DNA of 63,946 nt, counting the filler, from Sarea resinae (Eukaryota), in assembly GCA_026026165.1 (NCBI GenBank). It is 5 parts of 5 records of this genome, joined end to end, with 100 filler letters (N's around TTAATTAATTAA, not from the genome) between each part and the next. Parts side by side here need not be neighbours in the genome. Positions count along the whole stretch, not along the records: positions 43,583 to 54,214 come from JAPEUD010000138.1; positions 54,315 to 63,946 come from JAPEUD010000139.1; 3 more parts are not named here. The stretch is one strand, 5' to 3'. Below the pieces are notes generated by a model that was given only the letters and a program-made list of their open reading frames with translations, was not told where the DNA came from and did no database searches. The first letter of the stretch is position 1; each line of letters begins with the position of its first letter. The position numbers and the translations under genes were made by a program. Of the stretch, positions 47,401-59,517 are shown piece by piece.

Positions 47401-50343
47401 TCGCCCAGGAGCCTTGACAGCCGACTTGCGAGCGACAGCATGGATGATTGCATCGTCCACAAGACTATCGAAGATGCGTACGCATCCAATGAGAAAGTCA
47501 TAACGACCAGTTACCATTTCCGCGGAGGCGACTATAGAGGCAAGCTGACCGCCACGACCATCGATCTCGAGCAATGTACTTCGTGCTAAGAAAGGCCAAA
47601 CCCTACCAGGTAGCACAGGAACCACGGCCTGAACGAACTGAACGCAGTTGATGAGAAGTTCGAGCGAGCCGTCGCCTGCAGATGCCGACTGTCTGCCTTG
47701 AAGTTCTCCTTCGAAAATGTCAAATATGACAGAGATGATATCTCGATTACGCCCTAGTGCATCACTTGCCTCCTCTAATATCCTCTGTGCTGCGTCAATA
47801 GCGGCAGAAGAGCCGTGACTGCCCCCCACATGTTTAACAGAGGACTGAATAAGGACTGTAAAGAGGCCGACTATTTCAGTCACAGTCTCCCTATCAACTT
47901 CGAATCCAATTGCTTGGTCAGAATATCCGGTGCGACTGAGGGCAGTTTCAAGCGCCCGCCCTAGGTAACTTAACCCCGAATACTGATGTTCCCATACCGT
48001 TACTAGCGGTTTCGAGTCGGAGATCACCCGGCCGAATGTGCCCACGGGAATCGTGAACGTTTCTGCGGAAGATCCATCTCCTGCCAAAACCAGCGCAGAT
48101 TGATCGCCAAATCCTGAGTCAAGAGATTTCCTCCCAGTAAAGAGCCGCAAGCCTTGAGTCAACATAATGACATTGACGTTTTCATCCTCCCGCACAAGCT
48201 CGTAGCCCCTAAATGTCTGGGGTATAACTTGCGTGAAAGAAGTCATCCCTTGAAGCATTTGGAGGATGAAAGAGGGCGGCTCATCATTCTTGACGTTACT
48301 CGTGGCGAGCGCTCTGCATAGCTTTAAGAATGGCAACGATTCATACGGAAATCTGGAAAGCGCAACATAGAGGAGCTTCTCTTTGAGGAGTTCGTCGCCA
48401 AGGAAGACAGAGACTGGATCGATCACGCTGTTTGCGGGCTGTCTATCGGCCGATTCCCAGTACCTCTCAAATCCTGTTAGAACGGCTAGGACAGATTGGA
48501 TGACCTCTGGTAAATAATTGACCATGGTAAGACTCATGCGTATGAGGTCCAAGAGGGAGATGCGCATCGTAAGTGCGAGTTCATTGTCGTCGTTCGAGGC
48601 ATAAGCAGTACGACACTGCGTAGCTAGACTGGTTATCACATCATAGACGTGACAGCCGTTGACGGCACTTTTCGCTAGGTATAAAATTGGGTCTTCCTCG
48701 AGAGCAGTATCCATGATGGTATCCAAGATCTCTTCGTAAACGCTTGGCTCTATTGAGATGTCACTACCACCTGAAGTGCGCCGTGATGGTCGCGTGCCCG
48801 AGCCACTTTCCGTTGCTGAGGAATCGCCGCCTTCGGTCTCGGATTCTGATGCTGCAAATCCATCAACAGCACGCTGCGACTGTCGGACCTCACGCACTTC
48901 CTTCCTGGAAAGCGCTTCGCCCCGTAGAGTCTGAAGGATGATCCCCCAAGCGTACACGATTGGACTTGCAATAGCAAGGGAAGCGCTCGCCGCATCGAGC
49001 AGTATTGCATTGACTTCATTGATCGTCGTAGGATTCAAGAGATACGGAGAAGAGTCTGGCAAATCTGCTGCCGGAACCGGCTGATCTGATGGACCATAGA
49101 GATGAGCCATAGCGTGGGACAGCTTTAATATGACGAGGGAAGTGATGGAAATGAGTGATTGAAAGGGCATTAACAGAGCTTGTTGACTGGGATAAAGCTA
49201 CATGGCTGAGATCAGTATTAGACCAGGCATCGGATGCTTTGAGCACTCACCGGCTCGAATTGCTCAAAGAAGTTGTACTTGCTCATCAATCGTAACCAGG
49301 ATAAAACAACACCTGAGGAGGGCAGAGTGGTTGAATGGTCGAGGAAAATGAATACAAGCTGCATGATGTGCATCATCTCCACGATTTGATTCCGGCCCCA
49401 GCGGTCTTCGATTTCTGACTTTCCGCCCTCATCAGCGAACCACCCACTGCCATTCTCGAGATTACTGATGCGAGCTTGCAGAGCTTCAACCAATTCCACC
49501 AAATATTCCTTTTTATCCTTTCTAGGCTCGGCTCCGACTCCACATGCTTTCACCGCTGCCTTCCCGAGCTCTTGGATCCAGTCTCGAGAATGCCGCTCAT
49601 CATTATTTGCGCTCGGCGATCGCACATCTGCAAATTGTGGAGAAAGCCCTGCCCTGATCAACAACTCGCTGACTCGCAGAACATATCTCCTCTCCGACAG
49701 GTATTGTCTTAGCAATCTCACACGCCGGCTCTCGGTCGAATTGAAGGCGGTAGGGTCAGTGCCCTGTGTCGTAGTAGTCGCAGAAAGTATGGAAGAGGAT
49801 GGCAGAAATATCGACGAGCCTAGACTGGCTCCCCCAGCAGCGCTTTGCACGGTAGCCGACTCCTCCTCCGAAAAACCGCTCAATAATTGGATAGCAGGCC
49901 GCGTCTGCCATTCAAGTATGGCGATTCTTAATGCAGACACCTCATCTATGCCACTTTCTTTGCTCAGCCAGAGGCTGTCATCCTTAATCTCCTTAATATC
50001 ATAATGCCCTTGCGTCGTCGGGGTAACGTTGATGGCCGCAGTCCTGGTCTCGAAGCTGGACTTTGTTTGCGACGTGGGAGATCGAAAGGTATCAAATGGT
50101 CGACTAAGGAGCCGAACAACCTCTTGGTCGGAGAGAAAGCGCCGCAGATTAGTACTGTTGGCCACGTATTTCCGATCAGATAGCCCAGTCAGGACAGTTT
50201 TCCACGATCTATAGATGCATTGGCATTTCATCCCATTCAAGTTGCATGCACCATCGACAAACTTACAATAGCTGGTACTCTCCGCTGAGCAATTTGTCGA
50301 GCGGGGGAAAATAGACAGAATCGCCCAGTGGCGCCGGCGCCAT
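44464..50343 (-). CDS. NUP188: Nucleoporin Nup188 (Nup184)
   Basis: About 1900-aa helical protein over 4 exons: MAPAP...YFPPLDK start, SFETRTAAINVTP, IDEVSALRIAILEWQ, FGREYFYDL and NVNLSVVESQ. Confidence 0.88.
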
Positions 50344-50835
50344 GACAGCGGCACCGATGTAATGGGCCTATTTGCGCCGTGGTGCTGCTGGTGCTGTTGG
50401 AGGTGCGAACAAGAATGTTGTAGGCATGAGGAACCCAACGCGTCTTGAGTACAGCAAGTAACCAACGTAGGTAGAGAATAGAAATGGTAGACGCAGACGC
50501 AGACGAGGAGGACCGGGCTGGAGCTGGCGCTTGACGGCAAAAAGATAATCCGAAGCCGTCCGGTTTCGATTCACTCCGAGATTCGCAACACCAAAGAAAT
50601 TGGTCGAGTCATCGATCCTACCGCAGAACTGCCTCAAACTCCCTCCATTGAACGTCGACGCTCCTCCTGGCTCTAGCCATCACAGTAGGCAGTAGGGGCT
50701 CTACTATACTCTATACCGCCGAATAATCGGTCTCGAAACGGTCGAGTGCCTTAGAGAGGCGCATATATTAGTCTCCCTTCGCCGTCTCGAATCCTTGATC
50801 ACACAGCCATACGCCTACACGACGCCACCGTCAAC

Positions 50836-53220
50836 ATGCCCAGTCTTGACCTGATCGACCATTCTCCCCACCATCCCTCGCCAGCGGCCCCTCTCCCGAC
50901 CGCCACCAATCTGATCCTGATCGACAATTATGATTCCTTCACCTGGAACGTATACCAATACCTGGCCTTGGAGGGCGCGAAAGTAACCGTTTTCCGCAAC
51001 GACGAGGTCACGTTGGAGGACATCATTGCAAAGAATCCTACCCAGTTGGTCGTAAGCCCTGGACCTGGACATCCGGAGACCGACTCGGGAATCAGTAGGC
51101 AGGCGATCAAGTACTTCGGTGGCAAGATACCGGTGCTGGGTGTCTGTATGGGGGAGTATGAGGCGCATATTCTTTAGAAGAAATCAACTCAGCTAACCTG
51201 TATTTTATCTAGGCAATGCATATATTCCGTCTTCGGTGGTCGAGTAGATGTGACCGGTGAGATCCTCCACGGCAAGACCTCTCCTCTTCGCCATGACTCC
51301 AAAGGCGTATACGCCCAACTGCCACAAGATCTACCCGTCACCCGATACCACTCTTTGGCTGGCACCCATCCTACGCTTCCCGAATGTCTCGAAGTGTCTT
51401 CCTGGATCGCAGAAGGTCCGGATGGCGGTAAGGGTGTCATCATGGGAGTCCGGCATAAAGAATATATCGTGGAAGGCGTACAATTCCACCCTGAGAGCAT
51501 ACTCACCGAGGAAGGAAGGACGATGCTGAAGAATTTCCTTGCGATGCGTGGTGGCACTTGGATAGAGAACGAACGGCTGAGTAAAGAGCAAGGAGCTGAG
51601 GCTGCCAACGGCACGAGCGTGTCCTCAAGCAAGGCAGAGAAGAAGGTCTCGATCCTGGAGAAAATCTATAACCATCGAAAAGTAGCCGTAGCTGCGCAGA
51701 AGCAAATACCGTCTCAAAGGCCTGGCGACCTTGAAGCGGCTTACAATCTCGGGATCGCACCGCCGCAGATCTCTTTCCCAGACCGCCTAAAGCAGTCCCC
51801 CTATCCGCTTTCATTAATGGCCGAGATCAAACGCGCCTCTCCCTCGAAAGGCATCATTTCTCTGTCCGCTTGTGCACCAGCGCAGGCGAGAACCTACGCC
51901 TCGGCTGGCGCGAGCGTCATCTCTGTGCTGACAGAACCTCAATGGTTCAAAGGTAGTATTGATGACTTGCGCGCCGTGCGGCAAAGCCTCGAGGGCATGC
52001 CAAACCGGCCAGCTATTCTGCGGAAGGAGTTCGTCTTTGACGAGTACCAGATCTTAGAGGCTAGACTTGCTGGGGCTGATACCGTCCTTCTCATTGTTAA
52101 GATGCTAGACGAGCCCACACTGCGACGATTGTACAACTACTCTCTCTCTCTGGGCATGGAACCGCTAGTGGAAGTCAACACTGTCGAGGAGATGCGAGTG
52201 GCTGTTGCGCTCGGCTCGAAGGTCATTGGAGTCAACAATCGTAATCTTACGAGCTTTGAAGTCGACTTAGACACCACGAGCCGGCTTCTAGATCAGGTGC
52301 CCACTGGCACCGTCGTCTGCGCACTGAGTGGCATCTCTGGCCCGAAAGATGTTGAAGCATACAAGAAAAACGGCGTCGGTGCTGTCCTGGTTGGCGAAGC
52401 GCTCATGCGCGCGTCGGACACGGCCAAATTCATCAGGGAGCTACTAGGCGGTACCGAGGAACCCATCCAGTCTTTCCAAGTAGAGAGTAACATACTTGTC
52501 AAGATCTGCGGGACACGAAGCCCAGAAGCCGCAAAGGCAGCCATTGAAGCCGGGGCAGATCTTATCGGCATGATCCTCGTCGACGGCCGGAAGCGCTTCG
52601 TGCCCAAAGAGACAGCTCTCGCCATCTCCGAAGTGGTTCACAAGACACCAAAGCCGTCATCTCAAAAGCAGTCGATCACAGACACGATCAATTCCACAGC
52701 AAAAGCAACAGACTTCTTCTCGCACACTTCAACGAACTTCCTTACCCGTCCTTCCCGCGCCCTTCTCGTGGGAGTCTTCCAAAATCAATCCCTCGCGCAT
52801 ATCCTCTTCCTCCAAAAACTCTACAATCTTGACGTCGTCCAGCTCCACGGGTCCGAGCCCCTGGAGTGGGCCTCTCTCATTCCCGTGCCCGTCATTCGAA
52901 GTTTCAAGCCGGGCGATATCGGCATTCTCAAGAGGGGCTATCATGCGCTGCCCCTTCTGGACTCTGGAGCCGGCGGTACGGGACAAAAGGTCGATTTAAA
53001 AGAGACGAAATCACTGCTGGATGGTGATGAGGGGTTGAAAGTTTTGCTTGCAGGTGGGCTAGACGCAGGCAATGTACGAGATGCCGTCGTGCAAGCCGGG
53101 AGCAGCGTTGTAGGCGTGGATGTGAGTAGCGGGGTTGAAGAAGGCGGGGTGCAGAGCGTTGAGAAGGTCCGAAGATTCATCCAGGCGGCTAAGAGCGCGA
53201 GGTCGTCTTCTCCCAAATAA
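50836..53220 (+). CDS. trpC: Trifunctional tryptophan biosynthesis protein (anthranilate synthase GATase - IGPS - PRAI)
   Basis: [23 protein letters not shown] (intron 51156-51212), [26 protein letters not shown] and GVDVSSGVE. Confidence 0.96.
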
Positions 53221-53950
53221 AGACAGGAAGGAAAGGAAATTCGCTCTTGGCCTCTTTGACTCTCAGGAGAAGGTGTTCTCTCCGGCTTTGACTCTAGCGA
53301 TTTGAATTGTGAGGATTGGCTTCGATATGATATACTCAATCAAGATCTACGATTCCATATTTCAATGAGAAATTCAATTTACGTCCAGCCACATCATTCA
53401 ATACATTACCAACTCCTCTTCATGGTGATCTTCACTCTTCTTTCCCAGCTATTGATACGATACGAGAATCTCTTCTTCTAGGCTTCTTTCTGTCTGGCTC
53501 TCGAATCATACGTTTATCATTCATCATTTACCTCACCCTATCCTACCCTACCTTTGCCAACCTACCCTCCCGTTCTTCTCTTCTCTTGCATTCAGCACAC
53601 AACGAATCTCATCTCGCCTCATCTCGCCTCATCTCACTTCGTCCTCGCATCGTCACTTACTCCATTCCGTGTCCGCATGCCATCCGTCTCATCTCATCAT
53701 ATCACCGGGTACAGGTTCCGCTACCGCCATAGCTCCATCTCACAACCCGTCCGGCGCATCCATCATCATCAGCTCAAGAGATAGCGTTCCCCAAGACGCA
53801 CGCTTTGGTATCCACAATTCTATCTCCGAAAAACGCGCACCCCCCAAAGGTTCTCCAAGCTTCCTGCATTCTCTTGCTCTCTGCTCACACCTTGCTCCAA
53901 CTTCTCTTCTCCCCCTCCATTGATCCCTTTCCAACCGCCCCATCACCAAC

Positions 53951-54182
53951 ATGAGGAAAACTCTCCTATCCCCCTTCACCATAAGCGCGGCCGGCGACTT
54001 CCCCAGCGCCAGCCACGCGGACATCAAACGTTGGGTTGAAGCGAACGGGGGCGTCTTCACCGCTGTGTCCGATCTCGATGAGGAGAATCGCGGGACTGGA
54101 AAGCAGGGAAGGAGAAAGGGCATAACGCATCTGGTATGTTCGGATGAGGAGTGGAAGGGGAGGTTTAAGAGGCGTTCGATAG
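53951..54182 (+). CDS. BRCT-domain protein, 5' fragment (truncated by contig end)
   Basis: IKRWVEANGG...ITHLVCS BRCT signature, followed by a GTATGT donor at 54183. Confidence 0.6.
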
Positions 54183-54214
54183 GTATGTTTGATATTTTCA
54201 GTGTATTGGGTTAG

Positions 54215-54314
54215 NNNNNNNNNNNNNNNNNNNNNNNNNNNNNNNNNNNNNNNNNNNNTTAATTAATTAANNNNNNNNNNNNNNNNNNNNNNNNNNNNNN
54301 NNNNNNNNNNNNNN
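54215..54314. other. Artificial contig linker
   Basis: N-TTAATTAATTAA-N. Confidence 0.99.
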
Positions 54315-54425
54315 ACATTTACTGCAACTCGTCCAGCTAGCCATCCTCGTACCCATGCATGCATATGCATATATCCATCTATCCATCTATCAACCAGCAA
54401 TACAGCAAGGACAACAAGTTCTCCA

Positions 54426-56314
54426 CTACTCGTCACCGCCGCCGCCAATAGGACCCGAGGCCTGTTGCGCGCTCTTGGCGCCACAGATATCATCGACGCG
54501 AAGCAAGAGACAGGCGCTTTCGATGGCCGTCTTCAAGCTCTGGGTCTTGACGGCCTCGGGCTCCCAGACGCCGAGGACGTGCATGTCGGCCAGCGAGCCG
54601 CGGTCGCCGTCGACGCCCCAGCTGTGCAGGCCGTCGGCGTGCTTGGCGCGCAGCTGCGTGAGCACGCGCACGGGCGATGCGCCGGCGTTCTGGACCAGCG
54701 TGCGCGGGATGACCTCCATGGCGTCGGCGACGGCGCGGTAGGGCCACTGGGCGACGCCCTCGATTGACTTGGCCGTCTGGGCCAGGCGCACGGCGACGGC
54801 CATCTCGGTCGCGCCGCCGCCGGGGCTGAGCCGCGGGTGGAAGAAGACGTTGCGGGCCACGCCCATGGCGTCGTGCAGGTTGCGCTCGATCTCGTTCAGG
54901 ATGTCCTTGGACGGCCCGCGGAGCAGGATCGTGCAGGCCTTCGGGTTCGCGCACCGCGTCAGGAACGTGAAGTATTCGTCGCCGATCTTCGAGATCTCGA
55001 AGAGGCCGCACTGCGTGCCGACGTCAGAGGGCTGGAGGTCGTAGACTCGATTGACGATGGTGGCGCCCGTCGCGCGCGCGATGCGGTTGTTGTCTGTTTT
55101 GCGGACCCGGCGGAGTGCCGTGATGTCGTGTTTCACGAGGTAGTGTTGTGCGAGGTCTGTTGAGCGTGTCAGTAAATATGAACGTAGCAGAGGAACGAAA
55201 TCAAAAGACTCACCAGACACGCCCTTCTCGGTGATGACAAGATCCGGTTTCACGGCAATGATGGCATCGCACATGGCCTTGACCTGCTCCTCCTCGATCT
55301 GCAATATCTTGTTCCAGTCTTCTTCCTTGCTGATCTCGATGTTGGTCTGCGACTCGCCCTTCTTGTACTCGAGCGTGCAATCCAGCAGAACGATCCGCGG
55401 GTTCTCTATTCTCCTCCTCATCTTCGGGTGTGTGATGTCCTTGTTCAGCATCACCCCGTCCAACACTCTGCTCTCTTCGATCTCGCCGCCGGGGATCTTC
55501 TCAACCCGGGCATACCGCTTAATGTCAACTTCCCGCTTGCCACCACCGACTTCTTGCGAGACCGTGCGCACGGCTTTGAGTGCCAGGTCGCACATCAATT
55601 CTGACCAGCGTGATACGAACTTGGTGCCGATTGACGACGAGATCAAAGAGTACATTGCTTTGTCGTCGTTGATGTCGACGGGAAGGGAGATTTCTTCGAT
55701 GACGGCGAGGGCGTCGGCGAGAGCGCGTTTGAAGGCGGAGATGATGACGACGGGATGGATGTTTCGTTCGAGTTGAGGGAGAGCCTGGGCGAGAATCTCG
55801 CCAGCTAGATAGATCGTTCTCAGCCTTGCAATCAATACGATCCGCGAGTCCTCTTACCCAAGATGATGACCGTAGTAGTTCCGTCACCGACTTCCTCATC
55901 TTGCGTCCTGCTCAGCTCGATCATGCTCTTGGCGGCAGGATGTGCGACTTCGATCTCTCGGAGGATGGCATGGCCGTCGTTGGTCAGGACGATACCGCCC
56001 ATGGGGTCGAGTAGCATCTTCAGCATGGCCTTGGGTCCCAGACATGATCGGATGATATCTGCCACACTTTTCAAGGGTTCAGCTGCTGTTCTCACAGGAA
56101 GGGGTTGGCTGGGTCAGAGGTGGCGGCTCACGTCTTGGCTGCGGTGATATTTGAGAGCTGAGCTTTGCGGCCGACCTGCCTCTCCCCACTCTGGGTGTCT
56201 GTGCAAGACGTCAGTTTCGTCGATTTAGGGGCCGTTGGAGATAGATGAGGTAGTCATCAAGACCACAACAAAAGAAGCTGGCCACATACTCATAACGACC
56301 ACCGGAGCCTGCAT
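54426..56314 (-). CDS. CCT3: T-complex protein 1 subunit gamma
   Basis: MQAPVVVM start, LGPKAMLKM, TNDG, GDGTTT, VDIKRYARVEKIPGG and LLLRVDDI; four introns. Confidence 0.96.
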
Positions 56315-57151
56315 CTTGCTTCACGCCGTCGCAGTCCTGGGCTGCTGCTTGCTATGTAGTGTCGTTGGAGGAACAAACAGTGGTATTTCGGGTTGAACAA
56401 GAATCAATTCCTTGAGGGATCGGCCTGCGGTTTGAGGAGTTCAATGTTGGTGCTGAATGAGAGAGAAGATGGAAGCAATAGATCATGCACAGTCGTCAAA
56501 TCATCTATTCACAGCTCCCACACGGATCACTTCACGATATATTGATTTGTCGCGTCGTTTGCCGTAAATTTCGATGTTTCTTTCGCCTAATCCAGATCCA
56601 TCCTAGTGTCGTTGCTGCCAGGGGATCGGCTGACTAAGCGGTGATGCGACTATGAACTTGAAGGAAACGAAAGGAAAGGAAATACGCAACGCCAACAAAG
56701 GAAAACATCGCGAGAATCATCATCATGACCTCTTTCAATCATTATCATCAGCAAGACCCTGACGCTCATATCCATATCAGTTCTCGATTCCCAGTCCTCA
56801 GTTCTCGTTTCTCAGTTCGTAGTCTGCGGTCACAGTTGGCGGCTTGCAGTCCACAGTTCCCTTCATGTTGATCTTCCTCTTCCATTATTCGTCTGTCATC
56901 CGTATCGATCATCATCATCGTCATTATTCATAGTCAATCATCTCTCGAGATGATAGGCGTTAATTATCACCAGTTCTGCTGGCCAGATGATCCGTTCCAT
57001 GCACGTTTCTCCATGTCTCGCCGTGACCAGTTGCTTTTCGCTTCGAACTTGAGAAAATGCTGAAAAGGCCTTTTCGTTCGAGCTGAGCTCTTCCATTTTC
57101 ACTATCACTGAGTCAGCGTGATTTATTATCGACTCCAGCGGAAGCACGTAC

Positions 57152-58393
57152 CTAGTCGTAGTCCTCAACCTGTCCGCGATATGTCATGCCTTTCTTTGGC
57201 TGACGCTTCTTGCCCTTGGCCGACCTTCTACCCAGAGACTCCGTGCTCAGGTTCGGTTGACTAACGTGACGCCGGCCGCCACTGGGACCACCGATTTCAT
57301 ACATCGGTTGTCCTGAATTGAAAAGCTGCCCAGGCTGATTCGAAGAGTCCGTCCGTCCGAGATGCTCTTGGGAGCGACCTGAAGGCTGCTGCTGCTGCTG
57401 CTCTTGCATCGGGTCGGCAGTGTTACCGCCCGAGCCAGCCTCTCTGTCTTTCCTGCCGACCTGGAACGGCCGGCGCAAACGGTCCCTGATGGACTGCAGG
57501 GCGCTCTTGAAGTGGCCGCGGCCACGAGAAGGGAGTTGGGAGGGGAGGGTTGCCGTGCTCATTCCGAACCCTTGCATCCTGGGCTGGTTAGGCCCGGGCA
57601 GCTCGCCCTCCGGCGAGACTGCCATCCCGATGCGTCGGGCTTCGTTCTTCCAGTGCCTCATGGGCACGATATCCCCCTCGCTCTCCTCGCTGATTGCCGA
57701 CTGGCCCATGGGGAGCCGAAAAGTCCGATGGCGTCTCCGCCTCTCCGCCAGGCTCTCTTCCGCCGGCTCCTCCATCTCTGGAACCAGAGACAGCCGGATA
57801 GCTTCCCTCCTGGCGTTCTCCCGCCGCACCTCCGCCAGCATCTCCAGGTCCGCCGATGTTACTGGATTGCTCGTCAATGGCAACCTCGCCCGGATTGCTT
57901 CTCTCCGCTTCTCGACGCTGCTTTGTGGCTCCACCGGCGGCGGCGGCGATACCATCATCGACGTCGGGTCGAACTCATCACTCGCATTTGATGAGCTAGA
58001 CTCAACGTCCGGATTCATGACTCTGAGGCGTCCTAGCTTCGGCTCGGGGCTCTCACCTCCCCTGGCCGGCTCGGCTGACTCGTTTTGTCGGTCCATTCGT
58101 TCGGCGTGGATCTCTGCCAAGTTCTTTTGTAGAACACGCGGGAGTGACGCAAAAGCAGCTTCGTCGAGCTCACCAAATAGTTCTGATTCGTCAGAAGCTT
58201 CTTCAGCAGATGGCCACTTTGAGAGGCGCTTTCCCTTTCGTGACTTGCCCAACCAATGCGAGCCAATTCGGAATTCTGATGACGGGTCTTTGGATGGTGA
58301 GGGTGGTAAGGCTGGTGAGGAAGGTGAGGAAGATGAGGATGAGAGGGAAATCGAAAGAGGACCGAGTTGATGAATCGCTCGAGAGGCTGCCAA
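57152..58393 (-). CDS. Hypothetical low-complexity or disordered protein (5' end unresolved)
   Basis: 413 open codons; the ORF-track start is TTG, so an upstream exon or an internal ATG is needed. No family recognised. Confidence 0.5.
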   Translation of the reverse strand: MAASRAIHQLGPLSISLSSSSSSPSSPALPPSPSKDPSSEFRIGSHWLGKSRKGKRLSKWPSAEEASDESELFGELDEAAFASLPRVLQKNLAEIHAERMDRQNESAEPARGGESPEPKLGRLRVMNPDVESSSSNASDEFDPTSMMVSPPPPVEPQSSVEKRREAIRARLPLTSNPVTSADLEMLAEVRRENARREAIRLSLVPEMEEPAEESLAERRRRHRTFRLPMGQSAISEESEGDIVPMRHWKNEARRIGMAVSPEGELPGPNQPRMQGFGMSTATLPSQLPSRGRGHFKSALQSIRDRLRRPFQVGRKDREAGSGGNTADPMQEQQQQQPSGRSQEHLGRTDSSNQPGQLFNSGQPMYEIGGPSGGRRHVSQPNLSTESLGRRSAKGKKRQPKKGMTYRGQVEDYD

Positions 58394-59517
58394 AGTCGGT
58401 TGAGCGAATTGAATTCCTGAACGAACGAGTCAGCGACCGTGTCGGCGACCGTGTCAAAACGATCGTGCGTGCTTTGGTGCAAAGGGTATGGAAGCGGATG
58501 TCAAGTTGTGAGCTCAGAGGGTGTGAACAAAGAGGATTGAAGACTTGTCAAGGCAGAAGAGAGTTGTTGACGAGCGTCCTCGAACAAGGTCAAAGTGGAT
58601 TCAGACGAGAGAAGGTTTGCTGAGTGAGGACAGGAATGTTGAAATGGGACGGAGCTCAGAGAGGTTGGAAAGTTCAGAGACGCTTGTTTGAGACTCTACT
58701 CTGAGTGCACGAAAGCTGTCGAGCAAGATGAGGCATAAATCGAGTACAGATAGATGCAGACAGCAGAGCTCAGAACGAGGAGGAACGGTCGCGGACGAAA
58801 GAGCTGAAGAGGACTTACCGGCCGCCAACGCCTGGTTCATCAGCGGGTGATCAGACATCACGGTGATTCGTTAAGGGGTTATCTCGATGAGTTTCTGATT
58901 GATCAAATAGCTGATCCGTTCGTTGCTTGCTTTCAAGTACTGTGGGTGAGGCGGTTATGTGATGTCAAGAGAGGTGGTGATCTTCAGTTCGAGGTGTGGA
59001 GGTGTGATTGAATCAGAGTGAAGGTGTTGTGGGCTAAAAGCTAGCCCTAGGGGTTGAATAATAGCTGATGTTGATGACTTCTCTGGGCACTGGTCAAGCA
59101 AAATTCACGGTATTGTCAAGAAATATCGCATCTACAAGTGTACGACTTTTGCGTTTCTAACTATTCCACTAAGGAGCTATCAAGCAATGAAGCAAGGAGC
59201 TTCGTTGATTTTTACTAAAGAAATCCTCGACGCGGAAGAACACCAACGAGGTCCACAAGGAACAGAATGTCCCGACTCCACGAGGTGAATCCTAACGACC
59301 CAGCTCGTGGAGATACTCGAACGAGCATCTGTTTTTTGCTATGGCCTCCAGAATAGGCCCCCAGAACCTATTCTCAACGCCGTCACCATCGAAGATCGGC
59401 AACCCTCCGCTCGCGAGGTGGACGGAAATGCACTCCACGTCCCGGATTTCTGTCATTTGCAGCCGGTGTCAGTCAAATAGGGCCACTCCTCTTCAATAAT
59501 TCGTAGAGGAAGAAGCG

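Noticed and set aside
50836..53220. Three-enzyme fusion in trpC
   Set aside because: This is the standard architecture in filamentous fungi, not novel.
57404..58370. Long + strand ORFs antisense to 57152-58393
   Set aside because: Shadow ORFs expected in GC-rich, low-complexity coding sequence; the same applies to antisense ORFs over SerRS, CCT3 and NUP188.
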